Assembly (NCBI GenBank): GCA_046563655.1
Contig: CM102288.1
Span: 62,001 to 126,000, forward strand
DNA from: Yuukianura sp. NJ FZ-2021
Taxonomy: Eukaryota
Direction: 5' to 3'
DNA: 64,000 nt
The translations under genes were made by a program, and so were the position numbers. The notes under the pieces are model-generated. The model was not told where the DNA came from. It did no database searches and saw only the letters and a program-made list of their open reading frames with translations. Shown in pieces: positions 35,476 to 47,000 of this stretch (its first letter is position 1; each line of letters begins with the position of its first letter).

Positions 35476-36516
35476 AATAACTTTGATTAATTATATAAAA
35501 AACCAATTAAGTTTCTAAAATCAAGTTCTAGTTTTATGGGGTTCTATTATGAAAACTATTTGACTTGTTTTGTCATTCGAACTTTTTGTTTCGCGCTGCA
35601 GATTGTGAGATTGGGGTAAAGTAAGACAAATTTCGTACTCAATCCAGACCAAAAGTTCAACTGAATGAACTTTTGGTCTGGATCGTTTCTCCCATCTCTC
35701 AACATTACAAGAAAATCCAGTGGAAAAAATTTCCATGGACGGATTTTTTCGGTGTGAACGATGGAAATCCAGTCCAGTGGAAAAAAAATCCACCCCAACT
35801 TTCTCTGGATGATCCATCCAGACGGATTAAATCTGGTATGAACGACTGGATTGCAGTCCAGTGGAAGGAAAATCCATCCAGTGGTCCGGTATAAACAGGC
35901 CTTAAAGCTAGAAATTAAAGGATAAAATTAGAGTGTATGAGTAACAGAATTTCGAATTTCAAAACGCTAGAAATTTAGATGGCAAATCCAAGTGTATGAG
36001 TAGAAGAATTCCAAATTTTAAAACGTCAGAAATCTATGAGGAAAATTCAGGTGTATGAGTAGCAGAATTCCAAATTTCAAAAAGCTAGAAATTTAATAGG
36101 CAAATTCAGGTGTATGAGTAGGAGTTAACAGAATTCCACATTTGAATTCATTCCAATTACAAATTGAATGGTGGCGCATACCTCTTATATTTTAGACCTA
36201 AACTGGATTGTAGAATTGTTACTTAAGTTTATCCTCAATTTGCTACACTTTGACATGGTAGATTGGATATGTTATATTGCGACACCTATGTAAATACAGC
36301 TTCAAATCCCTGCGAAAATTCCCTGCTCTCATTGGTCCACAAACTGGAGGTCAAGCAACGCGGGCTTATCAAAAAGTAGCGGAGATTTACTCGGTTGTTT
36401 ACATTTTTTATAAACTTAACTTTTTACAATTTTATATCATTTTGTTTACTACCTACAAGTGTGAATATAATTAATTAGTGAAGTCAATTAATCAAGCACA
36501 AGTTAACACAAGAAGT

Positions 36517-37203
36517 ATGCCGACTTGGGCTCAGATTCAGACGCAGCTCAGATGTCCAACGAATCCAGTCGTCTTTTTTGACATTTCCATTGGGTCAATG
36601 GTAAGCACTGCTTTGACTAAGCAACTAATTAGTTTATTCATCAACTAATGGACTTTAAATGTACTTAGGAAGTTGGACGTCTAATCATGGAACTATTTTC
36701 CGATGTAACTCCAAAGACAGCTGAAAACTTTAGACAATTGTGCACTGGTGAAATTAAGAGAGAGAGTCTACCGATCGGATACAAAGGATCCACTTTTCAT
36801 CGTGTCATCAAAGACTTCATGATCCAAGGAGGGGACTTTGTCAACGTAATTCAAAAGATACCATTCTGCTATCTACTAAAAACGCAATACTAAAGTCCTC
36901 TTTGTATTTCAGGGCGACGGTACCGGATGTGTGAGCACTTTTGGGCCTAGTTTTGACGACGAAAACTTTACGTTGACACACGATGGTCCAGGACTCTTGT
37001 CCATGGCCAACTCTGGTCCAAATACAAATGGCTGTCAGTTTTTCATCACTTGTGCCAAATGCGACTTCCTCGACGGGAAACACGTAGTCTTTGGCAGAGT
37101 GATCGACGGACTCCTCGTTATGCGCAAAATTGAAAACGTTCCAACTGGACCCAACAGCAAACCCAAAATAGCCGTGAGTATCAGCATGTGCGGACAGTTG
37201 TAG
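36517..37203 (+). CDS. PPIH: Cyclophilin H (spliceosomal PPIase), 3 exons
   Basis: [96 protein letters not shown]. Confidence 0.93.
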
Positions 37204-37292
37204 AAAAAACAGACTTGGATAAAACTAATTTACTTGTAATTTAATAAAAGTTTTGTTGTAGATGACAAAGTCAACACTTCGACAAAGGTTTT

Positions 37293-38120
37293 CTAAGATC
37301 CTGGTGCAGGAGTTGGTGCTGGAGCAGCACCAGGCGTAGTAGGCGCTGCACCAGCCGGAGGAGGCGTTGTTGTTTTGTTGGCAGCAGCCTTGGCCGCTGC
37401 TTCAGCCCTCTTCCTTTCCAGCAGTTCCCTCCCGCTGAACTTGAGTGATGGCGGTTTGATGGATTTGTTGGCCAGGATTGCGTAGTACCTCTTCTTAATG
37501 ATGTAGTAGTTTTTGTTGAGCAGTTTAATGAGTGAAACTGTGTTGTTTCTTCCTGTCCTGTTTCCAAAAACAGCAACGTCCACCGTGGGAAGTGACTCGT
37601 TTCGGTAAACGATTCGGCGCTTCACTCTTCGAATGGAAGAAGCCAAGAATCTGGACACGAAATTCCCATCGTTGTCGTTTCCCCACTCTTCACCCTCCCC
37701 ATTTTCAATGTTGAACTGTGACATTACACAAAAACAAGGTTAGTGACTTGACATTTGTAAGTTTTTGGGTCAATAGAGAGGTCCAGATTTCAAACTGATT
37801 CTGACTCTAGTAGAATCAGAATCAGAGTAAAATGGTGCTCAGTTCCAGTTTTTTCTGATTCTGACTGTAGTTCACCCCGGGTAATTCAAAATTTGAATGT
37901 GGCTAAGTAGAGCACAATCAGAATCAGGTTCGGAGTTGTGTTTTTAGAAAGGGAGAAATTGATTCTAGAAAATATTGTAACCGCCCCTTTTGGGCCTAGA
38001 ATCAGCTTTTAGAATCAGAATCAGCAAATCTGGACCTCTCTAATGTGACCTTACCAGATAGATGTTGTGAAGCACCGAGACCATGAGCAGGAAAAGGCAA
38101 GTAGCAGTGATCCTGCGCAT
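37293..38120 (-). CDS. Small predicted secreted protein of unknown function, 2 exons
   Basis: Exon 1 (38120-38055; MRRITATCLFLLMVSVLHNIYL, signal-peptide-like) splices in frame (GTAAG...CAG) to exon 2 (37715-37293); RVKR site, basic core, Pro/Ala/Thr tail. Confidence 0.65.
37774..38042. mobile_element. Intronic MITE (~270 bp)
   Basis: TAGAGAGGTCCAGATTT (37774-37790) and AAATCTGGACCTCTCTA (38026-38042) are perfect inverted ends; internal CTGATTCTGA/TCAGAATCAG repeats. Confidence 0.8.
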
Positions 38121-38631
38121 TTTGAATACAATTCCAAATACAACTAATTGTTTTTAGCTTCATAGTGGTTTAGCATTTGACCTTGCTGTGCTGTGCTTTG
38201 GGTTAATTGACCTTGCTAATTAAGCAACAATGGTTAAGAGATGACGCAGTGACTGTCAATATCATGACCTTCCTTTGTCTCTCCAGATGAAGCACATGAA
38301 TGACCTTGAGCAAAAATACCATCAAAGCTGAGTCCATTCCTCAATTACTTGATACTTTTTGAACGATTATTGTTACTTTTTGAAAAACTTGTTCTAAAAA
38401 TGGATGTTTTTTAAATAGATGCCCAGATGGAGATAGGGGGTGTGTGATGTGGAGATGACTTTTAGAAGGACGATTAAGTGGATCAAAGTGGATGAAGAGA
38501 TAAGTGCTGGAGATTGGCCAAGAGTTGCAACAAGTTTTAGGAGTCTCGCCTTCTTCTTAAAAGGGGACACCGAAGGAGGTCAGAGGTCACGAAGTAGTGG
38601 TGGCCCAAGTCCCCGGAAAAACTAACACAAA

Positions 38632-41600
38632 ATGCCACAAGCGTCCAAGGAAACGTTTTATCCTGCTGAAACAGCCTACCTCGTAAACCACTTCATTACT
38701 TAATTTCTAATTAGTTTTGATTCGATTGCACTTAAGCACTCATAGGAATCACCGCTCGAATGATCACTTCTAACTCACCTTAATTTTTACAATTACCGTG
38801 TTGATTTGCTGTTTTTTAATATTTTTAATCCAAGTTTTTTTTAAAGCTTGTTACTAATGTTGTTTTTGCATGGACTAGCATCGATTGCTGCCATCGAGGT
38901 TTGTTGCTAATTGTTTGACTACATTCAAAGAGGTAAACCATTAATCATCTTACACTCAATTCACCCTTCAGTTTAATCATTTCAGTTGACCAATTCAGTA
39001 ATTTATGTTTATTTTTGGTTTAAGGGTCCTGGGTACTTGAAGCGAGCTCCACCAGGGGCCCTGGAGCACGTATTCCGGAAGTATGCGACGGTGACAGTGG
39101 ATGGTGAGCTGTACATGACTGCAGAGGACTTTGTAAGGAACTACCTCGGCCTCTTCTCCACTCCCGACCACAACCGGAAGTCAGTCAAGCTCCTCGGCGG
39201 CATCATCGACACTTCCAAGGATGGCCTCATCTCTTTTCCCGAATTTCAGGCCTTCGAAGGGCTCCTCTGTGTCCCCGATGCACTCTACAAGACGGCCTTC
39301 CAACTCTTCGACACGAACGGATCAGGATTCGTCAGTTTCGAAGAGTTCAAGGAGATCTTAGTCCACACGGAACTCCATCGACGAATACCCTTTGACCTCG
39401 ATGGTGGATTTGTCAAGTTGTACTTTGGGAGGGACAAGAAACGCAGAGTGACTTACATGGAATTCAGCCAGTTTTTACATGTAACCCACCTTCACTTTCT
39501 CAATTGACTAACAATGATCAATGTTATTTCAAATTACTTGAATTGTAGGATTTTCACGAGGAGTACGCAGTGGAGGCCTTTCGGCAATCAGACAAGGAAG
39601 GAACTGGATTCATCACCCCCATGGTCAGTTTCCATTTTAATTCAACTTTAATTGAATTAATTAATTAAGTTAAGTATAATAGTTATTAATTAATTAGATT
39701 AGTTGATTTAAGTTGGTGTTGTTGACAGGACTTCCTCAATATTATGAAAAACATCAAGAGCCATTTGCTGACCGAGGCAGTGGCCAATAATCTTGTTGCG
39801 GTGAGACAAATTACCTTTCTCTGATATCTTTTTGTGCGCATTAATCTTAAGTCTAGTGTTACTTTTGTGTTGATTGAAGGTGGCAACTTCGAATAGTCAT
39901 CGCATTTCGTTTCCGTTCTTCATGGCCTTCAACTCTCTGCTCAATCAAATGGAGTTGATGAAGAAAATCTACCTGCAAGCCACAGGGAATTCCCGAACGA
40001 CGCCAGTGACTAAAGAGGAGTTTCTGCACTCTGCCCAGATGATGAGCCAAGTGACTCCTCTGGAAGTGGACATTCTGTATAGACTTGTGGACATGACGGA
40101 AGCGAGGACAGGCAAGGTCACTTACGCTTCTCTCCAGAGAATCGCCCCTGAGCAATATTTTAAGCAAATGCAACGCAGAATAGCAGACGTCCATCTCGTC
40201 AACTCAGTCGAGGAGAGAGGAATCTTCATCCAGATACTCGAATCTACATATCGATTCACACTCGGAGCTTTGGCCGGCGGTAAGTGCTCAATCTTTTGAT
40301 TTCTAAGTCGTTTTGGAACTAATTGTTGTGTTTCTTGTAGCTGTTGGTGCAACTGCTGTGTATCCAATTGACTTGGTCAAAACTCGGATGCAGAACCAGC
40401 GAACAGGGTCCTACATTGGAGAATTGATGTACAAATCCAGTTGGGATTGCTTCAGAAAAGTTGTGAGGCACGAGGGAGTGGGTGGACTCTACAGAGGTCT
40501 CCTTCCGCAGGTACTTTTCAGTAATTAAAAATCTAATCAACTTAATTTGTGTGTTTTTAATTGTGAATTTGTGTAATGTTTTGTAGTTGATGGGCGTGGC
40601 TCCGGAGAAGGCCATCAAGTTGACTGTCAATGATTTGGTTCGTGACAAGCTCATGGACAGTCAGGGTCACATCACCTTCATCAACGAAATGGTCGCCGGT
40701 GCTTGCGTAAGTCAAATTTCAAAATTGAGAATTTAAGGATTTTGGTACTAAATTCCAATCCAAAAACACAATCTTTTGAATACCGTTTTAATTCTGTTGT
40801 ACTTTGTAGGCTGGTGGATCCCAAGTTATTTTTACAAATCCTCTGGAAATAGTGAAGATTCGGTTGCAAGTCGCTGGCGAAATTGCAAGCAGTGGAAAAA
40901 TCAGTGCCTTGGGAGTCGTCAAAGAGTTGGGGCTCTTCGGATTGTACAAAGTAACTCCATTAGTCAAAAATCAACTCACAAACCAATTTCTAATTCGGAA
41001 ACTGTTATTTTGCAGGGAGCGAAAGCCTGTTTTCTGCGTGATATTCCGTTTTCAGCCATTTACTTCCCGGTGTATGCTCATACGAAAGTAAAGTTCCAGG
41101 ATGAAAATGGCTACAACTCTCCCCTGTCTCTCCTTGTCAGGTCAGTTTTACTCTTTTATTTACATTGAACAATGAAAAGAAAATGAAATGATTTGTTTTC
41201 AATTGGTAATTGTTTATCCAGTGGAGCCATAGCGGGTGTCCCAGCTGCCAGTTTGGTAAGATATAAGTTATCTCGTCTAGCCAATTAATTAACAAACAAA
41301 CTTTAGCTTAAACTTTTAATGTCAACCTGTTATGATGTCAATGTCTCTAGGTCACTCCGGCCGATGTCATCAAAACTCGGTTGCAAGTTGTGGCGAGAGC
41401 AGGCCAAACGACGTACACTGGAGTGTTTGATGCTGCTAAGAAGATCATGGCAGAGGAAGGATTCTCTGCATTTTGGAAGGGAGCTGGGGCTCGTGTGTTG
41501 CGCTCAAGTCCACAGTTCGGTGTGACACTCCTCACCTACGAAGTACTTCAGCGTCTCTTCTACGTCGACTTCAAGGGAACGTAAGGACCCTTACAAATAT

Positions 41601-41825
41601 CAATCCTAATGTCCTCTGACCCTTGACTTATGACTTTGTTTGATGAATTGCAGTCGTCCTTCTGGTTCAGAGTCCACAGTGCCAAGTCATGGTCAAATAG
41701 CGGAAGGTCAATTGTCTGAAAACAAAGATCACATTGGAGGATTCCAAGTAGCACTCCCCATTCTCTCAGGAATTGAATCCAAATTCGGACTCTGTCTCCC
41801 CAAATTCGAAATCCCAACCAATTAA
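38632..41825 (+). CDS. aralar1: Calcium-binding mitochondrial aspartate/glutamate carrier (aralar/citrin); first exons tentative
   Basis: EF-hand region ([23 protein letters not shown]); carrier signatures [38 protein letters not shown]-terminal DHIGGFQVA...GIESKFGL. Confidence 0.95.
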
Positions 41826-42521
41826 CCACGAACAATTTTTTTAGACAAATTGTTTTAGACTTTTAGTATTTTAGTATCTTTAGACTGTGACGATCGGGAA
41901 GTTAGGTCAGATGACTCCATGACCCCATCATGACAATCATGACACTGAGATTAGGATGTACTGGATCCCAATGCATTTAAAGACTAAGAACAATTGTTGA
42001 CAATGCAAGAGGAATTGAGCCAAATGCTGACCAATTGAGAAATGATCTAAAGCCGGCCACAGTTGCCTTTACACAGAGTTAACTCTGCAACTAGTCCTCT
42101 CTCCTCCTCTCTTAATTACTCTAATAAAGAGACTAATACGAATAGTGTTTTGATTGATGTGACCTTGGAAGTGACCTTTGACATTGTCATTTCCACGAGA
42201 TTACAAGACTAAAGTGACTCCACAGAAGACGCCCCTCCCCTATTGGCTCAAGAGTACAAACTTTGAATTTCCTTCGCTTTTCACTCCTTGAGGTAAGGAA
42301 ATACACGTCCTCTGTAACCACTTGCAGTAACACCCGTCACGAACAAAGAAAGGAAAACGTTAGAAACGAGACTTGGCTTGATTTCAAGATTTCATCAAGC
42401 AGAAATTGTAGGTATTTCTGAGACTTAGCTAGATTTCAGCCAGCAAAAATTTTATGTATTTTTGAGACTTAGCTAGATTTCATCAAGAAATAGATACCTA
42501 TTAAGATTAACATGATCGGCA

Positions 42522-42689
42522 TTAATAATAATTATTAATACCGATTCTGGAACTATAAGGATTTCCGTTAGCCCGATTTCGTTTTGCTAATTCGTCCTTG
42601 TGTTCCAATGGGTTAAACTTCCGTTTGCGTTGGAAGTTAGCCCGGTTAATGTCGGCCTCCGTGAGCACTTTCACTTTTTTTAAATCCAT
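42522..42689 (-). pseudogene. Possible N-terminal fragment of a DNA-transposon protein (Sola2-like N-terminus, tentative)
   Basis: MDLKKVKVL...RKRKFNPLEHKDELAKRNRANGNPYSSRIG resembles, from memory, the basic RKR...W/HK...KR.R..G..Y.S..G starts of some arthropod transposases; flanked by repeats; no catalytic part visible. Confidence 0.35.
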
Positions 42690-42842
42690 GATTCGAAAAC
42701 GATAGACGAAAATTTGAACCAACGCATTTGAAACAAAATTGCCCCTTGATACTTTGAAAACCCCGTTTCTACTCGTAAACAACATCATTTAGCGAAATAA
42801 TTCGCCTTAGAAACGATATAGCCGTTTCTTCGGCTCAACGGC

Positions 42843-43550
42843 ACAATTACCCTAGCGAATCGCCACCCCCGATCTCAGCTGAAATCGGGGGGGTTGGAGG
42901 CGATTCGCTAGGGTAATTGTCGATTTCCGCTGAGATCGGGGGTGGCGATTCGCTGGGGTAATTGTCGATTTCCGCTGAGATCGGGGGTGGCGATTCGCTG
43001 GGGTAATTGTCGATTTCCGCTGAGATCGGGGGTGGCGATTCGCTAGGGTAATTGTCGATTTCAGCTGAGATCGGCGATGGCGATTCGGTAGGGTAATTGT
43101 CGATTTCCGCTGAGATCGGCGATGGCGATTCGGTAGGGTAATTGTCGATTTCCGCTGAGATCGGGGGTGGCGATTCGGTAGGGTAATTGTCGATTTCAGC
43201 CGAGATCGGCGGTGGCGATTCGCTAGGGTAATTGTCGATTTCAGCTGAGATCGGCGGTGGCGATTCGCTAGGGTAATTGTCGATTTCAGCTGAGATCGGC
43301 GGTGGCGATTCGCTAGGGTAATTGTCGATTTCAGCTGAGATCGGGGGTGGCGATTCGCTAGGGTAATTGTCGATTTCAGCCGAGATCGGGGGTGGCGATT
43401 CGCTAGGGTAATTGTCGATTTCAGCTGAGATCGGGGGTGGCGATTCGCTAGGGTAATTGTCGATTTCAGCTGAGATCGAGGGGTGGCGATTCGCTAGGGT
43501 AATTGTCGATTTCAGCTGAGATCGAGGGGTGGCGATTCGCTAGGGTAATT
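42843..43550. repeat. 45-bp CpG-rich tandem array (~14 copies) preceded by one inverted copy
   Basis: Unit GGGTAATTGTCGATTTCAGCTGAGATCGGGGGTGGCGATTCGCTA; inverted copy at 42843-42887. Confidence 0.95.
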
Positions 43551-44027
43551 ATTATTATTATTGGGTTTGGTGGTTACAGCAGATGCGACGCGGCCTTAAG
43601 TCAACCACTCCACTCCTAAAAGCCCAAATAAAAAACAAAGATAAAATCTGAACCTGACTGAATCTCTATTTATAAACAAAAGACTTAGCTTTACTTGTTT
43701 TCAGTTAATTAACTTATTAATCAATTAGACCATAGTGAGTTTAATTCCTAAGTGGTTCCCTTTGGGGAACGATCCAATGGACACCCAGAGACGTTCTTCT
43801 CCTCACATGTCTTGGATCATGGAGATTGACTGTGACGGTGACCTTTGAGCATTCATTTTCAACTTTGGGATTTGTGAAACTGATCTGTGTCTTTATTAGT
43901 AAGCGCAATGCTGCTTCCAGTACATTTGAAGGTAATTCATCACAAGTATGTGCTGGTTGAGATATTTGTAGATCCTGTTGTGATTACACTTTGTGTTTTA
44001 GGTCATGAAGTGAGTGACATCCCCAGA

Positions 44028-47000
44028 ATGGACCACAGTGTCAAACGAATAGACAAGAACTGGTGGTGGAGTGAGCAGTTTTCCAACGTGGAATTGGAGG
44101 AGCTGTTTCAGCGCTATGCAGCCAAAGTGCAGACTCGATCCTCGTTCCTCATCTTCGCCTTGGGCTGTGGAGCATTGGCCCTGTTGCAGTTCAGTCTGAC
44201 CATGGAAACACTGGGACTCGCCCTGGGCGCCATCAGCCTCGTCGCTCTCTGGATTCTGCAGAGACTTTACGGAAGAGTCTGGATCCTCACCACTGCCTGG
44301 ATACTGTTCGCCATTCTCTTCTGCATCATCCCTCTTCCAGCACCCATTCCCCACAGAACAGGCAAGGAAACAATTAAGTTCACAGTAGAAGTGGAGTTAA
44401 TTGGATGTTTGTGTTTAGGTGTTCCGTTGGTGGCAGCTGAAGGGTCTTGGGCCATTGCCTTTGTGATCTTCATTGGATTCGTGTCACTGGAGATCCCTCT
44501 GTTGGTGGGAATGGGGCTAGCTGTTGCCCTGTCCACTGCCCATGCAGTCTCTGCCTACTTGTTTGCTACTTCCTTCACTTACCTCCAAATAGCTCAACTC
44601 GTAGTCAATGTTCTCACTTGGGGCACGGTGGCTGTCACTGGGTTTTGGATTCACCGCAAGGCTGATGGAGCCACTCGCAAAGCCTTCCTAGACACTCGGC
44701 AGTCAATACAAGCACGATTAGCAGCTCATGACGAAAATGATAAATTAGAAAGGTAAAACTAACAATTGATACTATTAAATTATTCCTGCTTCAACTTGTA
44801 ATTGTTGTTGGTTGTCATTTAGACTTTTGCTCTCTGTTTTACCGTCCCATGTGGCAATGGAGATGAAAATGGAATTGGTTTCTCCCATAGCACGTCAAGT
44901 AAGTGAATCAAATACAAAGTTCAGGTGATTTTTAGTGATTAATTGTGCTTTGTTTTCAGTTTCACAAGATTTACATCCAGAAACACGAAAACGTGTCCAT
45001 TTTGTTTGCTGACATTGTTGGCTTTACAGTTTTGGCCTCTCAAGCTTCTCCGCACGAACTCGTACGACTTCTGAACGAACTCTTTGGAAGATTTGATCTT
45101 CTCAGTCAGGTATGCTTTCTACAAGCTCAAATATTGTATCAATTTCCTCATTCGGAAGTTTTTGTTTATTAAATTTTTTGTTTTTGCAGGAGAATAACTG
45201 CCTTCGGATTAAAATCCTCGGAGATTGTTACTACTGCGTTGCAGGCAAGTTCATATAAATCTCGGTCCACAAAGCTTCAAGATTTTGAATTACTAATGTA
45301 AAGTGTAATTGTACCTAGGGCTTCCTGATCCTCGGCCAGACCATGCTCATTGTGCAGTTGAAATGGCTCTGGACATGATTGAGGTAACTTACACTTTCAT
45401 TTTGTTTCGACAATTGTTAATCGTTTTCTACTGTTTTCAGACAATCGCCAGTGTTCGAGAGGCCACTGACTTCCAGCTGAACATGCGTGTGGGCATTCAC
45501 TCGGGAAGAGTACTTTGTGGCGTACTGGGACTCAGAAAGTGGCAAGTAAGGAAGCAATACTTTTCCATTCCAAGGTCAAAGGTCACTCAAACTAATTTTT
45601 TGATTCTCTTTGGCAGTATGACGTTTTTAGTAACGATGTGACAATTGCCAACGCAATGGAGAGCTCTGGAGAGGCTGGACGGGTTCACATCACACACACC
45701 ACTTTGGCATGTCTCGGTGGGGAATACGAAGTGGAACCTTCGGAATGTACTCACTCCACACTCAGGGAAAACCAAATCCGGACCTTCTTCATTGTCCCAC
45801 CAGTCAGGAGAAGGAGACTTTTACTATTCAATACTCTCAAAGTGCAGCAACGCAGGAAACTCAGCTTCAAAAACGTCTCAAACGTCGTCATCCAGCTCCT
45901 CCACTCAATGAAGTTCGGAGTGGAACTCCCTTTTGCCAACATGGTCATTCCTCCAGGTATACTTTTAAAACTAAATTAAAAGTTAACACTTTTAGTACTT
46001 TAAAAACTAAAAACAGTTTGGAATCTAACATTTTGTTTTATTTGGAGATGCTGGAGGGAAATCGATACAGCACCAGCGGAAAACTAAAGTGAGTGAACGA
46101 TTTCGCAGTCCGTTCAAGAAGCGCCATGCGTCTGTTCTGCATCAGCCGACAAACAGAGTGAACAAATACCTGGCTCAAGCCATCGAAGCAAGAAGTGTCG
46201 ACCGCGAAAAGAAACAACTCATCAACTCTGTTACCCTCTGCTTCCGGGACAGACAAATGGAACGTAAGCTAAGTCATTTCAACTAAATCAATTAAACTAA
46301 CTTTTAACTAAACTATTGAAATCGTTGAACTAAAGGTTGTTTTGTTTTTAGGAATGTTTCATTCTGACACTGACCAGGCTTTTGCTTCTGCCTTGACACT
46401 CCTCCTCGCCATCCTCGTCGTCCTAGGAGGAATCCAAGCTACAATTCTTCCACGAACTTTCATTCTACTTCTGCTTTTCCTTACGGCCTTTGCCTGGATC
46501 TCTGTCGTCATTATGCTTCTTCTCGCAGGTAAAACATTCTAAACTCAACAATTCTTCTGAATTTTCGTGTTCAGTACCATTTCTCTTTGAAATTTCAGCT
46601 CGGCTGAGGCTAATCATTTGGGATTTGGCCAAGTCCCCTCTTCTTCGTACGGCCATCGCCGTCTTCTCACTCATTCTTGTCTACGCTGTTGGCCAAGTCA
46701 ACGTAAATGACACATATTCAAGTACATTTGTGAATAGGATTCAAATGATGATTGTTCTTTTTCATTTGTTAGGTTTTCACATGCGTTGCCCGATGTGGAA
46801 ATGTGACTATTGATGACGGCGTTTCTCGAGCCGTTAAAGCTCCATCCAAGTTCCTAGAAGATCATCGATGGTGTGCAATTCCGCACTACGTAGTTCACTC
46901 TGCACTGCTCTCTCTACTAGGAGTCGCTCTCTTCCTTCGTCTCCCCATCACTCTCAAAGGAGCTCTGCTTTTTATCATTGGATCCATGTACTCTCTACTC

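Larger units (their letters stand above)
32643..35902. mobile_element. Full-length PIF/Harbinger DNA transposon, 3,260 bp
   Basis: Perfect 47-bp TIRs (AGGCCTGTTTATACCGGACCACTGGATGGATTTTCCTTCCACTGGAC at 32643-32689; reverse complement at 35856-35902), TAA TSD (32640-32642 and 35903-35905), and two convergent genes (DDE transposase and MADF protein). Confidence 0.97.
32551..36140. repeat. Degenerate ~59-bp tandem repeat interrupted by the Harbinger insertion (32551-32642 and 35903-36140)
   Basis: Units like GAATTCCAAATTTCAAAAAGCTAGAAATTTAATAGGCAAATTCAGGTGTATGAGTAGCA occur on both sides of the transposon. Confidence 0.75.

Noticed and set aside
42843..43550. Palindromic 45-bp repeats as a CRISPR array
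   Set aside because: No variable spacers; head-to-tail tandem repeat.
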